DNA from: Phoronis australis | Lineage: Eukaryota; Animalia; Phoronida | Reading direction: 5' to 3' | NCBI GenBank assembly: GCA_002633005.1 | Contig: NMRA01000129.1 | Coordinates: 686,570-750,569 of the forward strand | Length of the DNA: 64,000 bases | Part shown: one piece after another, positions 33,354 to 47,239 of the stretch | Layout of the letters: each line of letters opens with the position of its first letter | Position numbering within the stretch: the stretch's first letter is position 1 | Notes under the pieces: model-generated | The model's database searches: none | What the model saw: only the letters and a program-made list of their open reading frames with translations | Told to the model about the DNA's origin: nothing | Made by a program: the position numbers and the translations under genes

Positions 33354-36300
33354 CACATGCGACAGAAACTCAAACACACGCACTGTTTATTGGAAGCAAA
33401 ATCTCAGCGACTAATAAAGACTAATTCATTATAAAAAGAACATTAACACTTATATAGATTTTACTTTATAATCCAGGATTGCGAACGGATTATCCAGCTC
33501 ACAAGATTTAGCATGTTTTGGATGCCTGTCAGGACACACTACAGTTCAATGTTTCCGCACGCGCAATTTTAGGAATGGCCAGCCGGAAGCCTTTCCTAGA
33601 GTCGGCGGTGGTTTCGATTTCTTTTTGGTAATAGAGATGGAATACTACCACGGTAAAGACCAACTTAACAAGAGGAAATTTCTAATTCGATTTTCGTTTA
33701 TAGCCAACTAAACAGCGTAAACTACAGCTGTAAAAACCACAACATTATGTCGTTTGCATGTAGGCCCCATGACTCCATGGCCCCATGCGTGGAACGGGAA
33801 GCTCGTGAAAAATATCTTTTTTAAAAACAATTTCTGACGAAAGTACCATCTCCCAACTTCTAGTACAGAGCGGAATTTACTTTCCCCTGTGAGGAAATTT
33901 CCAAAAAAAATCCCAAATTTCAAGATTTTTGAAATACGCGCGAAGGAAAAACTCTGTGGTTACTACGGAATTTCTAATCTCCCTCCCATTTATGATAAAT
34001 GCGCGCATGCACTCAGTCATTTGCTTGATGTCGATTGTCAGGTCACATTTCCATATAAGGCAAATGTGTTACGTCTATGTCTTGCCATACAAGATAAGGA
34101 GACGTGGTTTGCCTTGTAGGTGAAAAATTGACAAAGTGGCGAGCAGTCGACAGACCTTTTTGAAATTTGAAACTAAAAGAAAATGCTTTGATATCAACGC
34201 AAATTAGAAATCTTCATGTCTTTTGAGCAAATACTAAAATTACCTGGTGAGCAGATTGAATTCTGTATCAGTGACAGAGAAAAAAATTCAATATTGCAAT
34301 TTAGTCTGTTTATTGCGTTCCAGGCCTCATTAAATTAGATATCAAATATTGCTATTTTTTCTACGGGTCTCGATCGATTAGTGGTGAACTTGTGAAATCC
34401 AGTGACAATATGACAATAACAGAGTGTAAGTTCACGTAAATAATGGATTTCCATTTTGCAACCTATCACGGGTTCTCAGCTCAGTGGCTACAATCTGAAG
34501 TCTTTTTCACTCCAGCTCGTACACTATGCTACAATCGGGTAAGTCTTTCTTGCAAATTAACCAATGTTAAGATGCAGCAAAATAACTATTTTTTATTTTT
34601 TTTATTTCAAACCCCAATCAAAATTATGTCAATGCAACACCAATAAAAACCCCACATGATAACAAAAGATTAACAAGCATTGTGAAAACGTGATTCACAT
34701 TGAAACAATTATTAATTGCGCAAGACGTGAAAAACGAACTATTTCCATAACACCGCACTGTGGGAAGCCCAAAGAACAAAGTTCAGACCAAGTTGATGCG
34801 GGATACAATCCGTAGACAAAAGAATCTCAGGAACATACTGTAATCACGTACTTAGCATGCAGAACATCTCGATAAGTGTTACGTAATCAGGATGTTCTCG
34901 CGCCTAAAGAACGCCCGCCTCCTGGCCAGTCAAGTGTTCCTGCTCTCAAACAAATCCCAGCTCCCGAGTCCAAACAATAGTACCACAGCCTTGAATTTAT
35001 TAAGTACTCGCTGGCCAAAAAGCAAACACTGCAGACACATTGCAAAGGAGGCATGGGATACCCGGCATCTTACTGTTTATGCCAGGGTTCCGTTGTAGGC
35101 GCAGTGCGGTTTTTGTTCAGCAAGAGCGGATGTTTGTGTGACACTTGTGGCGAAAAATCTCCGGAAACGGAACTTCTATCCCATAATTCAACATTTCAGC
35201 CGGGCTGACCAATCATTTCAGTGACCGCAGTTTTGCTAATGCGGTGTGGGCCTACCATCCCGAGTGCAGGGGTCGTGATTCGCCTTTCGCTCAGGTGTTT
35301 TAGTTTTTCGCGAGTGCCTTGCGCCTGCGGAAGATATCCTTGTCTTTAGTAGAATGGTCTTTTGTTTTAGATCAACACTTCCGTCCAACAGCTTCACTTA
35401 AATCCATAAACATGAATACAACAAACTCGTAAGCTATTTCAGCTTAATTAAGTCAAGATCAATTAAAACCACCATAAGCTGTACTCTTTTTTAAGAAAAC
35501 ATCAACTTTCTCCACCAGCCCAATTGCTTTCACAAAGCTAAGTCATCACGCTCTTAACTTGGTTTCAATTCAAACTGTTTACAATAAATCACCCAAATTC
35601 CTCTGACAGCCATACTGCATCTGGTGACAAACTGACCCGACGCGACCAACAGCTTGGTCTCAAGCAAAAACGATCCGTCAGTTCTTTTCAAGCCTAGAAA
35701 TTGTGCCCAATCTAAGAAAAGAACAAGATGAGACTGATTTTATAACTTTAAGTACCTGGCCCAAATTAAAAGTTATTTTTTGACAGAAAGCCCACATTTA
35801 TTGCCCCATAAACTAAGAAAGATTGGCGACACTTGAGAGAATCCAAACTAAAAAAAATCAAGTACATAACTAACTCAACCGAATACAAATCACTGGTTTA
35901 AATCTTAAGTGCCTAAAATTTACTAGACTTTTTGCCATGAATATTAACAGAATCCAGAGGTCATAATTTTACAATTAAACCTTGTGTGACCTTTGCCATT
36001 TAAAATCACATAACCATCCCAATGTTCTTAATGTCAGTTTAAATGTAAAGATTTGTAGTGTACGTGGTAAAACCATAAATACGGCACTGTCCTACTCTTT
36101 AATGACGCATGTTTCAATTGAACATCATGATAAATCAATTGAGAAACAGCATGTATAATGGTAACCACTCAGCAAATGTAGATTGTAACACACTGTTAAA
36201 ACAGCAGTGCTAAATAAAGTTCATGAAATCAGCTTTTATTTACAAATTACCCGAGGTCATCCTCCAAAATAAGTGGTGGGAACATGGACTTGTTAAACCT

Positions 36301-37436
36301 TGGCTTATAAGTATTTGAAATACGCCTGCTAAAATTCGCTTTTAAAGGGACCAATACCAGAAAGAAAATAACTTTTATAAACCAGTCTCACCTGTATTCG
36401 AACCTGTCACGTATTGAAATCTTACTCATTTGTACTGTTTGCATAACTAACAAGGTTTATGTGTAAAACATTTCACTTGCAGGTTACTACTTTCAGACAG
36501 TTCACCGGATAATTCTAGTCTAGGCAATCCTCAGCAGAACTCAGTTATTGAGTTTCATCCACTTCTATCAAAAATGTTCATATATTCCCCAAGATAATGT
36601 GACATCGCTGATTCAAAATCTAAAAGTCCAGGGAAGAACCAACATGTGAAAACATTCAAAAATACCTTGAATGAGTCAGATCTACTGCCTTCATTTCTAC
36701 AAGTGACAATTCAATACATTGTCGTCCCTATGGAAAACATTGTCAAATCACCAAGATTATACCAAAATGAATCCAAGCACTACCTACAATTTGACCTTGT
36801 GACCTAAGAATATGGCTAAAGAACTCTTATTAATCTATGAGCTCATGTGGCCCAAACACCAACACAATGACAATACCACAATATTACCAGACCCTTATTC
36901 ACTGTATTTTGAATTTCATGAGACTGCACAGCTGCCACAGTAAATCTTGCACCAGTCGGACACGCACAAGACGGATTTTCACTCAGCTGGGACAAAGTTC
37001 CACGTCACAGTAATGTTGATCTAGCTTATGCATTGATCCACCTTATGCAAGTTTTACAGTATTGCTAAAATACTACATGGTGTGAAGCAGACACTGAGTT
37101 AACAGGAGTGAGGCAGGAATGGCATGTTTGAGGAATTACTGAGGTATGAACCTTAAATTTATCCACTCAGTGACGTTACAAGATCTTGAACACTGAACAA
37201 TGTGTTCGCTTGACATTTTGTGAAAATAGAGATTTTACTGAAGACCTTATGCTGAGAAGTGTAGTTTGAGACACTTAAGCTGTTATGAGGGGTTTAATCT
37301 GAAACCACACCCTAGAGCAACATTCATTTGATATTTTGTGACCATAGAGATTTTTCCAAAGATACTCTGTTGCGAAGTGTACTTTCAGGCAGACAAGTTG
37401 TTACTATGAAGAGTTTCCTCTGTAACCACGCCTTAG

Positions 37437-38102
37437 TCACACGGTGCCCGATTTCTCAATCGATTCGCTTTTCTTAAGCTCTTCCTCCACTTCTTTAGAT
37501 GGGCGATTGACAACTGGATGACGTGCGTACAAGAGTGTCGCTGCAGATACAACAAAGATGGCCACCACAGTATAGACGTCGATAGGAATATTGAAGATAA
37601 TCCAACATAATATGGCTGTGAACATCAGCTCCAGGGCGCTGGCAAATGTCTTAAGAATAGAGTTCAGGTTGCGCAAGAAAAGGCTGGTCACAATACCTAT
37701 GGCGGCATTGTTAATGACTATAGCTATTACTTTCCACTGCATTATGGAAGCTATATTTTCTCCAGTGAATGCCACTGACAAGTCGCCCTTGAAACCTAGG
37801 AATATGATATTACATATAATAGAGTCAAAATACATGAAAAAGTTCTGCAACATGATATGAATACCGTAGCCTGTGTCCTTCAGTAGAAATTCATTGTAGA
37901 CGCCTGCAAAGCAGGAACAGAACACCTGAACTAGGATGAGGACGAGATGAACATTGATGTACGACCACATTGAAGACGCACTCGAAGCTTCTGTAGTGCT
38001 GGAGCCCTTGGAGTCGAAATGTACCTCTTTTATGATGCAACCACAAGTAAGTAGGAGCAGTGAGAACCATTGTATCTTGCTCAGCTGTTTCTTGAAGAGC
38101 AA
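37437..38102 (-). CDS. senju: Senju-like SLC35A nucleotide-sugar (UDP-galactose) transporter, exon 4 of 4
   Basis: TTTCAG acceptor; LLFKKQLSKIQW.SL.LL..GC, SCFAGVYNEFLLK, QNFFMY, GIVTSLFLRNLNSILKTFA motifs. Confidence 0.93.
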   Translation of the reverse strand: MLFKKQLSKIQWFSLLLLTCGCIIKEVHFDSKGSSTTEASSASSMWSYINVHLVLILVQVFCSCFAGVYNEFLLKDTGYGIHIMLQNFFMYFDSIICNIIFLGFKGDLSVAFTGENIASIMQWKVIAIVINNAAIGIVTSLFLRNLNSILKTFASALELMFTAILCWIIFNIPIDVYTVVAIFVVSAATLLYARHPVVNRPSKEVEEELKKSESIEKSGTV

Positions 38103-41100
38103 CTGAAATGTGAAAACAAACTATTTGATCAGGCATATATTGAAGCACAGCGAATTCCTCCATGTCCTCCAAGAATTGCAACACTGGGAATTTCTGGAAA
38201 GAGGCCCATGGGCAGATATTTGAAAAATGACCTTTCAAAAGGATCAAATGAAACTGAATATATACCTGGGCGCAATTGCAGAAACTGTTTGAAATAAACA
38301 TGTCTTTGTTAATGCATGTAGTATTATCTCATCACTAAGTATTTTATTCTTTCATACTTATTTCACATACAGCAAACACAGTGCTTTAAAACTCTCCTTC
38401 ACATTATAATCATATGTTTAGCTACCAACAAAGTCACCCAATATCTCGTTAAACGAGACTCATTTGAGTGAAATTGCACTCCCAAAATAAACAAAATTTT
38501 TACAGCAAAACATATTACATACATATTTTCAAAACATATTACATACATATTTTCAAAACATAAACAGTTCTTAAAAACACCCGTGGGCGTACTTTCAGAA
38601 AAATTTTATGAAAATACAACCATGGGTGTACTTTTGAGAGGGTTTATTATCGGAAATTCTCGGTAGTGAATAAATACAATCCTCAGTGATGGCATACATC
38701 ATGATTATGCAAATAAGCAGAGGTGATGATTACTGGAGCACTCCCATAAAACGAGTTGACATGCTGCTAACTGGCATGAGGGGTGGGGAATTGGAGAAAG
38801 TGGCATTGTTTCAAGTCAGGTAGGTTTTCGACTATGTCATTTGGTATGCGTTGTTGTGACATGCGTCACACAAATTGCAATCAGCATTGACTGTAGAGTG
38901 ATTTTTGATGGCAAATAACACAAATACACATCGAGTGAGCAGTGTGAGCTGGCTTGTCGACAGAATCCTCGGTGACATATAGGACAAAAATGTAACAAGG
39001 GTACCAGTGTGTTATAATATCTCCATTTGTGATATGCAAACGATTTGCCCTCGTTCAAATACTTTTGTACACCAAGAATATCAATATAATAATCACTGGC
39101 CCAAATATGTTTCATGTTTCACAACATACTGTACTTGTCGGGGTTACCGCCTAGGGTACTTAAATTACGAACTTAAGAATAGGGGGTGGGCGTTAACCAG
39201 AATATGGGCACTTAACAATGAAAGTTTTGAAAAATAAGGAGTGAATGGTTACCCAAACAGTCGATCAGGTTAATCCCCAGGGAGCTACATTGGCGTCAGA
39301 CTTCCCCCGAAAGAGTCAAACAAAATATCGGTAGATCTTAGACAATATAGTAAGGGACTTACCATCCAGAATGGAGTGATCAGGCACAGCAGTTCAATGT
39401 TCTGACACAGCTTGTTTAGGAAGAATATTTTTGAATTTTTCGAAACAACAACCATATGCACATGAGCTGGCCATGCACTGCTCAATTGAATGCGTTCATC
39501 ATTTTTTGCTCTCGAGTACTATAACATTAGGATGAGCAAGAGCCAAAAGAATCATTTCATTTACTCTTCAGTAAAGAGTAAGATCCAAATAATAAAGGTA
39601 AGATCCCGCTAAAATTGACAGACCATTACTCAAAGGTAAGCGAGTTGCATACTTTTTGGGAGCTAAAATTCAGATGAGATTGGTGTTCACATTGTCACAG
39701 CACTTTTTAAGAATTCTCCTCTATATAAATTGGAGGTATGCTAGAAGTCAGGCCTGGGCATTTAAAAGTAAAAATCTGTAAATTTTGGGGGTGGGTAGTG
39801 AGCTGAGAATGGGTGTTAATCCAAACAAGTACGGTACATTTATTAACCTAAAATTGGGACAGAAATAATTCAGAAATCATCAACTAGATACCAATTCATA
39901 AATCTTGAATATCCCATAATGTGCCAGACCTGCACTAAATAATCTCCCACATACGTATAAAAACAGGCTATATTCATATTTAATGCAAATGAAACACATG
40001 AGTTCAAATTCAATGGTTCAGGTATTTAAAAAAATATTGCAACCATAACTGTGCCAAGCGATATATATTCTTTATTTAATCTTACTTAGTATTAGTGTTA
40101 TAGTCACTCCGAGCCTATAGCTATTCTATTCTACAAATTTAGGATAGATTAGAGATGTTACTCAACAGCTCTGCACACAACACTCATGTGCAAATAAATG
40201 ACTTATGCAGCTGGACAAAATGACTTAATCTAGGCCAGCTTATTAGTATTGTGTGAGGCAGTGTGGCTCACAACAGATTAGGGTCTGAGTAAGGAGAGCC
40301 TCCTGGTCAACTTCAACCATACAACAATGACAGCTAGTTTCAAGAGTAGCGCCTGCAGAGATGCTTCAATAAACTTTGCAAGGAAGTGTTGCAAGTGCTG
40401 CACTCTATTATGGGTTGAACAAACAGCAATTGTATCATATTTTAGGAGTAATTACACCTCCCAAGACCACTAATCATGGTGTTTCTCCTTTAAGGATAGT
40501 CCTATAAATACTCTCAGCAATCAGATGTCAGACATAGTAATAGATATAATGTTCGTATGTAGCACTTATACAGCCCAAACAATGGGCCAAATTGTTTCTG
40601 GGTTACTCCAAAGATCTGAGCCACAAGTTTTAACTTGAGAGGTGGTTCAAAAAATGACAAATCGCGTGCCGCACTTCAACTAATCTTTTAAAAGCAGGGC
40701 AACCGTTTTAGATGTTATTTTTACAAAAAAAAACACAAAGCTCGGTTATATTGGAGAAACACTTCTCATCCTTAATCACTGTTCCCAGTCTTGTGTTTAG
40801 TATCTAAGCAATATTAGTTGACGTGAACAGTCCAGCAAATGGCTTGCATCTTGGTTCTGTGACCGTTTCAAACGAGCAAACACAATAATGTCTGACTAGG
40901 TATTGAACACAGCCTACGTCAGTAATTTGCTCAATGGAAGTCAACGTAGAATCTGTGACCATTTCAAACGAGCAAACACAATAATATCTGACTAGTTATT
41001 GGACCTATTGTTTCACTGATGGTATACACATGCTAGGCAACAGTAACTAAGGCGGGGAAATGTCTCTACAAGATTAAACAGGGGATCTATATTTTTAGTG

Positions 41101-41650
41101 TTTAGGTGATATCCAAAATGGCTGTTTTACCCTTTCAATTTCAGGTGATGCGGCAGGTCAAGTTCAGTGGTTTTTGCTTTTGGTCATTGGAAATACAGTG
41201 TGTCCCAAACATCTGTACCTACCACTCATTTCAAGTAGATAAGACCCTATGCCCGGGCCTACGCCTAACTGCGAAAATTGACACAAGCTGACACATGCTC
41301 TGTACGCATAAGAATGTCACACAAACACCTCACTTTTGAAGAGTGAAAATTTATCGTGCAACTGGCAAATGTGTAGTCATTGTTCAGGCTACGTGACATT
41401 AATTTTCTACCCAGGTTCATAAACAATGCATTTATTTCGGTTCAAAGACTTCATTCTTTTTTGATCACCTCAGTAATTTTTCTTCCAAGTCAGTGAAGTG
41501 TGAGAGCATTTTGGGGCACCCTGTAGCATTTGGTGTCCACCACTTGGACTTATAGATCAAGTCAAAGTTAAACCAGAATGACACATTATTCGGCCATAAT
41601 TGTGAGAATCATTCGAAACAGACGTTCAGCATAAACATGAGAAGACTCAC

Positions 41651-41840
41651 CTGGAACACGATTCCCGTGACCACGACCCTGAACTGCAACAACAAGTAAT
41701 AGGTGGTGGGGTCGTAAGCCTGTAGATTGGTGAAGGCCAGATTGTTGTACAGCGCGTACAGGATGGAGGGTACAAAATAGAGCATGAACACCTTCAGGTT
41801 GCTGCGGATCTCTGAACACATGGTGGACAATGAAGGGTTG
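41651..41840 (-). CDS. senju: Senju-like SLC35A transporter, exon 3 of 4
   Basis: TTCCAG acceptor, GTGAGT donor; LYFVPSILYALYNNLAFTNLQAYDPTTYYLLLQFRVVVTGIVFQ. Confidence 0.93.
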
Positions 41841-42705
41841 CTGGAAGAACACAGGTACACTGAATAGAGGAAACCCCATTACAGTGGTTAGTTGGTAATG
41901 CTTGAAGTAAGTCTTCTCCTATTCAGCAAATAACATTGAAGACAAGTGAAATTTTCTTTAGTCAATTTTCTCAACAAAATAGAATACGACAATTTAAGTC
42001 TACTATTAGTTTGCTTTTTTGGGTGGACGTTACAAAACAACAAAAGTTATATTTCCACCATTTCCAGCAAAGTTATTAAGCTTTGAAAAGGAAAATGACA
42101 ATTTTACCAATTATTTTTAGCAAAGAAGTGAAGATTTACTGTAAAGATGCACTTTTTCAACTACAATATGGCAGACAAACGGAATAGGATGGTCCAAGAT
42201 AGAAATCTCCTTCGTCCTGGAGGTAGCAAAGCATGTTGTTATATTAGCATCGTTTTAGAAATGTCAGGCTGACTCTAGGAATCATGTTGAAAATATCACA
42301 CCCACAGATATGTCTCAAGTTTATCCAAATTTCTGCTGTTAGCCCATAACAAAGCAGTAAAACTTCTCTGGCACTGGAGAGTCAAATGCAGTTAATGCAG
42401 TCAAGAAAACTTGAAAAAACAAGGCCCAAAAATAACATGAGATATTCCAAAGGCTCTACAATGAGGCCCTAGAACTGCTTAACAAAACTGTGGGTAAACA
42501 CTGCGAGATTCAAGTGCCACTGTGTCAGTAGTACATTGATATAATAGGACTTGTGGCAAATACAAATGCACAGAAATCAGGCACTTCAAAAGTACTTATT
42601 CACTCGCAGATTCATTATTGATGGATGTTCAAAGGAGTTGGAGTCAATGTAGAGGTTAGCAAGATATATTCTCTACCCACAGGCAACATTACGTCCCTTA
42701 CTTAC

Positions 42706-42823
42706 TCCTTGAGATAGAGGATGGTGGCAGCAAACATCTTGAGCACCTCTGACAGCAGAACTGCAGTGGTGGGGTTGTATGTGTACTTGTTGCTTTTGTC
42801 CCGGCTCGCAGTCACCAAAATTC
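42706..42823 (-). CDS. senju: Senju-like SLC35A transporter, exon 2 of 4
   Basis: TTTCAG acceptor, GTAAGT donor; GILVTASRDKSNKYTYNPTTAVLLSEVLK; phases 1 and 2 fit the neighbouring exons. Confidence 0.9.
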
Positions 42824-43320
42824 CTGAAAACAGTCAGAACTGTCCAGTCAGCATGCACTCACAAAATTCCAGCACACCCGCCACATTTTGTTTCATCAGG
42901 AATATGGTGTGAACTCGCTGGAAAAGGACATTTTAAGTGTTATCAATAGAATCATTCCACTGGCATCTGAGACTTCTGACCAGAAATAGCATACTATATG
43001 TTGTACACATACTAGTGGCGTACTGCTTAGTAAGGACCAGCGTTTGACTAGTACTAGCATACTATATGTTGTACACATACTAGTAATGTACTGCTTAGTA
43101 ATGATCTGTGGTTTGTTAAACCCTTGTTCTAGGAAATTTGTGCAGAATTGAGCTTCATATGGACGGCTGCAATTGGGCACTTCTGAAATTCTGAGCCAAA
43201 GCGTCATACCTTTGTGTATTTGAAGAGGCCCAGTCTATTGAACACTATTAAAACTTAAAATTCTCCAATAACTTTGAAGTAAACAACATTGACAGCTTGT
43301 TATGAGCGTGTAATGCAATG

Positions 43321-44100
43321 GATAAAGTGTGAGTCAAATACTGGAATAAAATCTTACAAAAATTAGCGACGTTGTGTCCGCATCTCACAGACTTCAGCTT
43401 GGCTTGTGGCGTTATCGTTATTCTGGCCAATTGGAGGCGCTTTGACCAGACGGGGCGGCATTGACGTCAGAACGCCATCACATACGTGTGACAAAACGAA
43501 TCTTAAACCGCCACACGAGTAGGAGAACTCACACTGATTCCCTACATCCAGGATCTTTCTGACCGCCTCAAGAGGACATTTAAACAGTTTGAGATTTCCA
43601 TCATCCACAAACCATTTAATTCTCTCTGCAGCCAACTGGTTAATGTCAAGGACAAGACCCCCAAGGGTAATAAATCATGTGTTGTCTATGGTGTCCAGTG
43701 TAAGGATCCCCAGTGCTCAGACAGTTACATTGGTGAAACAAAACAGTCCATAAAAGTGCGTATGTCACAACATCGTCGTCCTACTCACGGGGACACTTAT
43801 GATTCGGCTATTTTTAGCCACCTGTGCACCACTGGACAGGATATCAATACTGATGATGTCACTATCCTAGACTTTGAGGAAGACTGGTTCAGAAGGGGTG
43901 TAAAGGAAGCTCTCCATGAGGCAGTTTATAATTCGATTTGTCACACGTATAAGATGGTGTTCTGACGTCAATGCTGCGCTGTCTGGTCAAAATGCCACCA
44001 AATGGCCAGAATAACAATAACGTCACAAGTCAAGCTGAAGTCTGAGACGCGGACGTAACGTCGTTAAGTTTTTATTCCAGTATTAGACTCAAACTCAATC
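43321..44100 (+). mobile_element. 5'-truncated Penelope-like element: GIY-YIG endonuclease remnant between inverted pseudo-LTRs
   Basis: PYIQDLSDRLKR..KDKTP..KSCVVYGVQC...C.DSYIGETKQS..RMSQH..SAIFSH..R.VKEAL at about 43540-43915; 43321-43501 is the reverse complement of 43931-44100. Confidence 0.88.
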
Positions 44101-45616
44101 TGTTTTCTTAACTGGATGTCTCAAAGTTTTCGTGTAACGCAATGCTCGATACAACCTATTTCGCTTAGACTACCGCATCAGTGAAGACTCTCAGTGACTA
44201 AACGACATTAAACCAAGTCAGTTTTGATGCGTCATGTATCAACAATCCTTAGGCAAGCACCTGTCAAGATCCTTCCTAGACAAAAATAAAATTACTTTAC
44301 CTTCAATACAACCAGTCTTTCACTGTAGACGCGTTACTGGTGTAGCATTTATCAGTAAACAGTTTTAAAAAAATTCGCTAAGCAGCAACACCGTTGACCC
44401 CATTTATCAAGTCGTTCAATAAACAGGACCTCGAGCATTCCATGAGTTTGTGTCAACCAAGTGCTTCTCAAGAACTAAAGATAAGAGTTTAGTCCAAACT
44501 ACTAAACTGCATAATTATCTGTCTTACACAAACAGCTTTCATCTAGTGTTGGTAAGTTTTTATTTTATTTAATAATATATTCCACGTCCTCTGAGCACAT
44601 AATATTATAGTAGGCATCGCCTGCAGCTTAGTTGGTGCACCTTACTCTACTTTTGGGAAGGATTATTTGATTCCCAGCCTGTGTACACTCGGGAAACCAA
44701 TTGCCATATGCCTAAACATAAAATCGGCTTGTTGTCAACTTGTCATGCTTGTAGAATTTGTCCTTTTAAAAGTTATACTGTGAATAGGATTTTATTTAAC
44801 TCTAGCAATTATAACGTATTCATTGATTTCAAAATTTTCTTTAATTTATCAGAGTTATTTGAACTGGCATAATGTGTCTTATGGCCATCAAATGCTGCCC
44901 CCTTTTTTAAAAACAGGAAAACGCATACACACTAACACATACTAAACGGCCAACCAAACAGTGGAAATTGGTTTATAATTCTATATCAATGGCACATTGT
45001 TTTTACTGACATCAAGTTAATTTAATTAGATCAGAATTTTTGTTTTGGAATGTAAATAATTTTGAAGTAGAAACAATAAAATAATCAGGACATGAACATT
45101 AAGAGACAACATACAAACTACAAGTTGACAAGAACCTAACATTTTTGCCACCAGATGTTTAAACTTTTTCCATAAACATGTATAGTACATACCACTCGGA
45201 AAAAAGAAAAGTTAAAAAATACAATAATCAGTGTTCAAATATGTTACAAAATTCTTTGAAATGTGATAAGTTCGACATTGTAGCACTTTTTGTATTTGCA
45301 ATCAAAATTCACTTTTTTCGATTTCTTTTAAAAATCATTAAAGCTTAAATGACTTTTTTGCCAAACCATTACCAATTGCTGATATCTTCTGACATTTTCA
45401 AAGACATCATTCATTCAGATTTCAAACTATCCTTTTTCAAATTTTGTTTTGGGGTCACAGTACTGCAGCCACAAGCCGTAAGTCAATAGGGAATTTCGAA
45501 ATATGCATTTTTTTCATTTGAAAAATACAACATTTTATGATGTGGGTTTTATTTTATGTTGTTCAGCTACACAGTACTTATCATCTGGTTTTAGAGCAAC
45601 CAGATGGCCATAGTGT

Positions 45617-47027
45617 TCATTACTTGGCGGAATTCTTCCGCCAAGTATGTTGGTCTGACAGGAAGTTTTTTTTTTTTTGTTTGTTTGTTCGCTCTCTACA
45701 GGCCGCAATTTTCGTCCGATTTTCACGAAATTTGCACACAACGTGTAGATCGGAAAATGCTAGAACGCTATTGTTTTTGGTCATGATCGGATACAAAATG
45801 GCGGACGTGACGGCCATTTTGTATCCGTTTTCATAGTCAAATACTCGTAGAGGCCGCATTTTTCGACCTACATGACTGAAAATCGGTACGAATATACTAG
45901 AACGCATGTTCTACAATTGTGCAGAAAATCGTTGACTTCCGGTTAAAGATGGTGGAAATATTGGACGTGGTGCATGCGCACCCCGAAATATGGCCAAAAA
46001 CGTTTTCTCCTGTAGAGGGCGTATTTGCAAACCAATTACTTTCAAACTGGTCACGTGTTTGTTGAGTTTAATAAGCTTTTATAAAAAATTATTGAACCGG
46101 AAGTCACTTTCAAGATGGCGGCTGTGGGGCATGTTCACATGGTTTCAATCGCTCTGGTGTCGCATTTTTTATGGGAAGAGCAAATGACGTGAATTTTTGC
46201 ATGTGGATTCCTTGAAGTATGGCCTTTCAAAAAGTCTGCGAGAGCGTATTTCTCAGACTTACCGTTTTCGAGTTATTTGACTTTGAATTTCAAAAAAAAN
46301 NNNNNNNNNNNNNNNNNNNNNNNNNNNNNNNNNNNNNNNNNNNNNNNNNNNNNNNNNNNNNNNNNNNNNNNNNNNNNNNNNNNNNNNNNNNNNNNNNNNN
46401 NNNNNNNNNNNNNNNNNNNNNNNNNNNNNNNNNNNNNNNTTTTGGTTATGCCTAGTTGACCCAGACTGACCCAGCCAGCACTGTCCTACTGTAAAGCATG
46501 CCTCGTCCGTAATTTTGCGCCATCTATTGTTCTTTATTGTAGTTGATTGTATGCTCTATCAAAGTATGTAGAGTTGTGGACGGGCTTTCAGACGATATTT
46601 TCCATTTTGCGCTACAACGTCTACTTTTGAATTATTCGAGATTTTCGAATGCCGTTGTTCATTCGGTCACCTATGAAAGGACGCAGCTGGCTGGCTTTCA
46701 GTTCACTTTATTTTGGTTATGCCTAGTTGACCCAGACTGACCCAGCCAGCACTGTCCTACTGCAGACTGGACCGTCATGTTGCGCCATCTATTGTTCTTT
46801 GTTGTAGTTGATTGTATGCTCTCTATTTAATTTCTTCGCTAGTCACATGAATGTTATCGTGTTTGCCAAACTACCACTTTAGATAGAGTTTTGAACGGGC
46901 TTTCATTCTTTATTGTAGTTGATTGTATGCTCTCTATTTAATTTCTTCGCTAGTCACACGAATGATATCGTGTTCGTTGTCTTTTCGATTAATTCCGCCA
47001 AGTGTCGCTCTTCCGAGCGCTCTCGTT
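45617..47027 (+). mobile_element. Non-autonomous Helentron/DINE-1-like element with internal tandem repeats
   Basis: 5' subTIR and palindrome ACTTGGCGGAATTCTTCCGCCAAGT; (GTTT)n tract; 3' subTIR AATTCCGCCAAGT; terminal stem-loop CGCTC-TTCC-GAGCG; ~270-bp internal repeats at 46440-46960; gap inside. Confidence 0.72.
46300..46439. other. Assembly gap (140 N)
   Basis: Run of N. Confidence 1.
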
Positions 47028-47239
47028 AGGTCTTTAAACATGCCATGAAATTTTCAAGGGTTCGCTAGCTGAAAAAGTGCCATTTTTGGTGGTCTAAATT
47101 TTAAATAACTCCACAACCATCCAATATCTTTCAGAAATTCGAATACTGATGCCAACTGCAAGTCAAAATCTATCATTTGAAATCAATTTCATGTGTTTCC
47201 GATGAAATTGGTATTTTGCTTTGCTCAATCACCCTATTT

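Noticed and set aside
34590-35100. Possible L1/Tx1-type 3' remnant on the minus strand with an A-rich tail
   Set aside because: Too decayed; no diagnostic motif could be read with confidence.
40855-43100. Short two-copy direct repeats at ~40855-41000 and ~42987-43100
   Set aside because: Ordinary local intronic duplications with no further structure.
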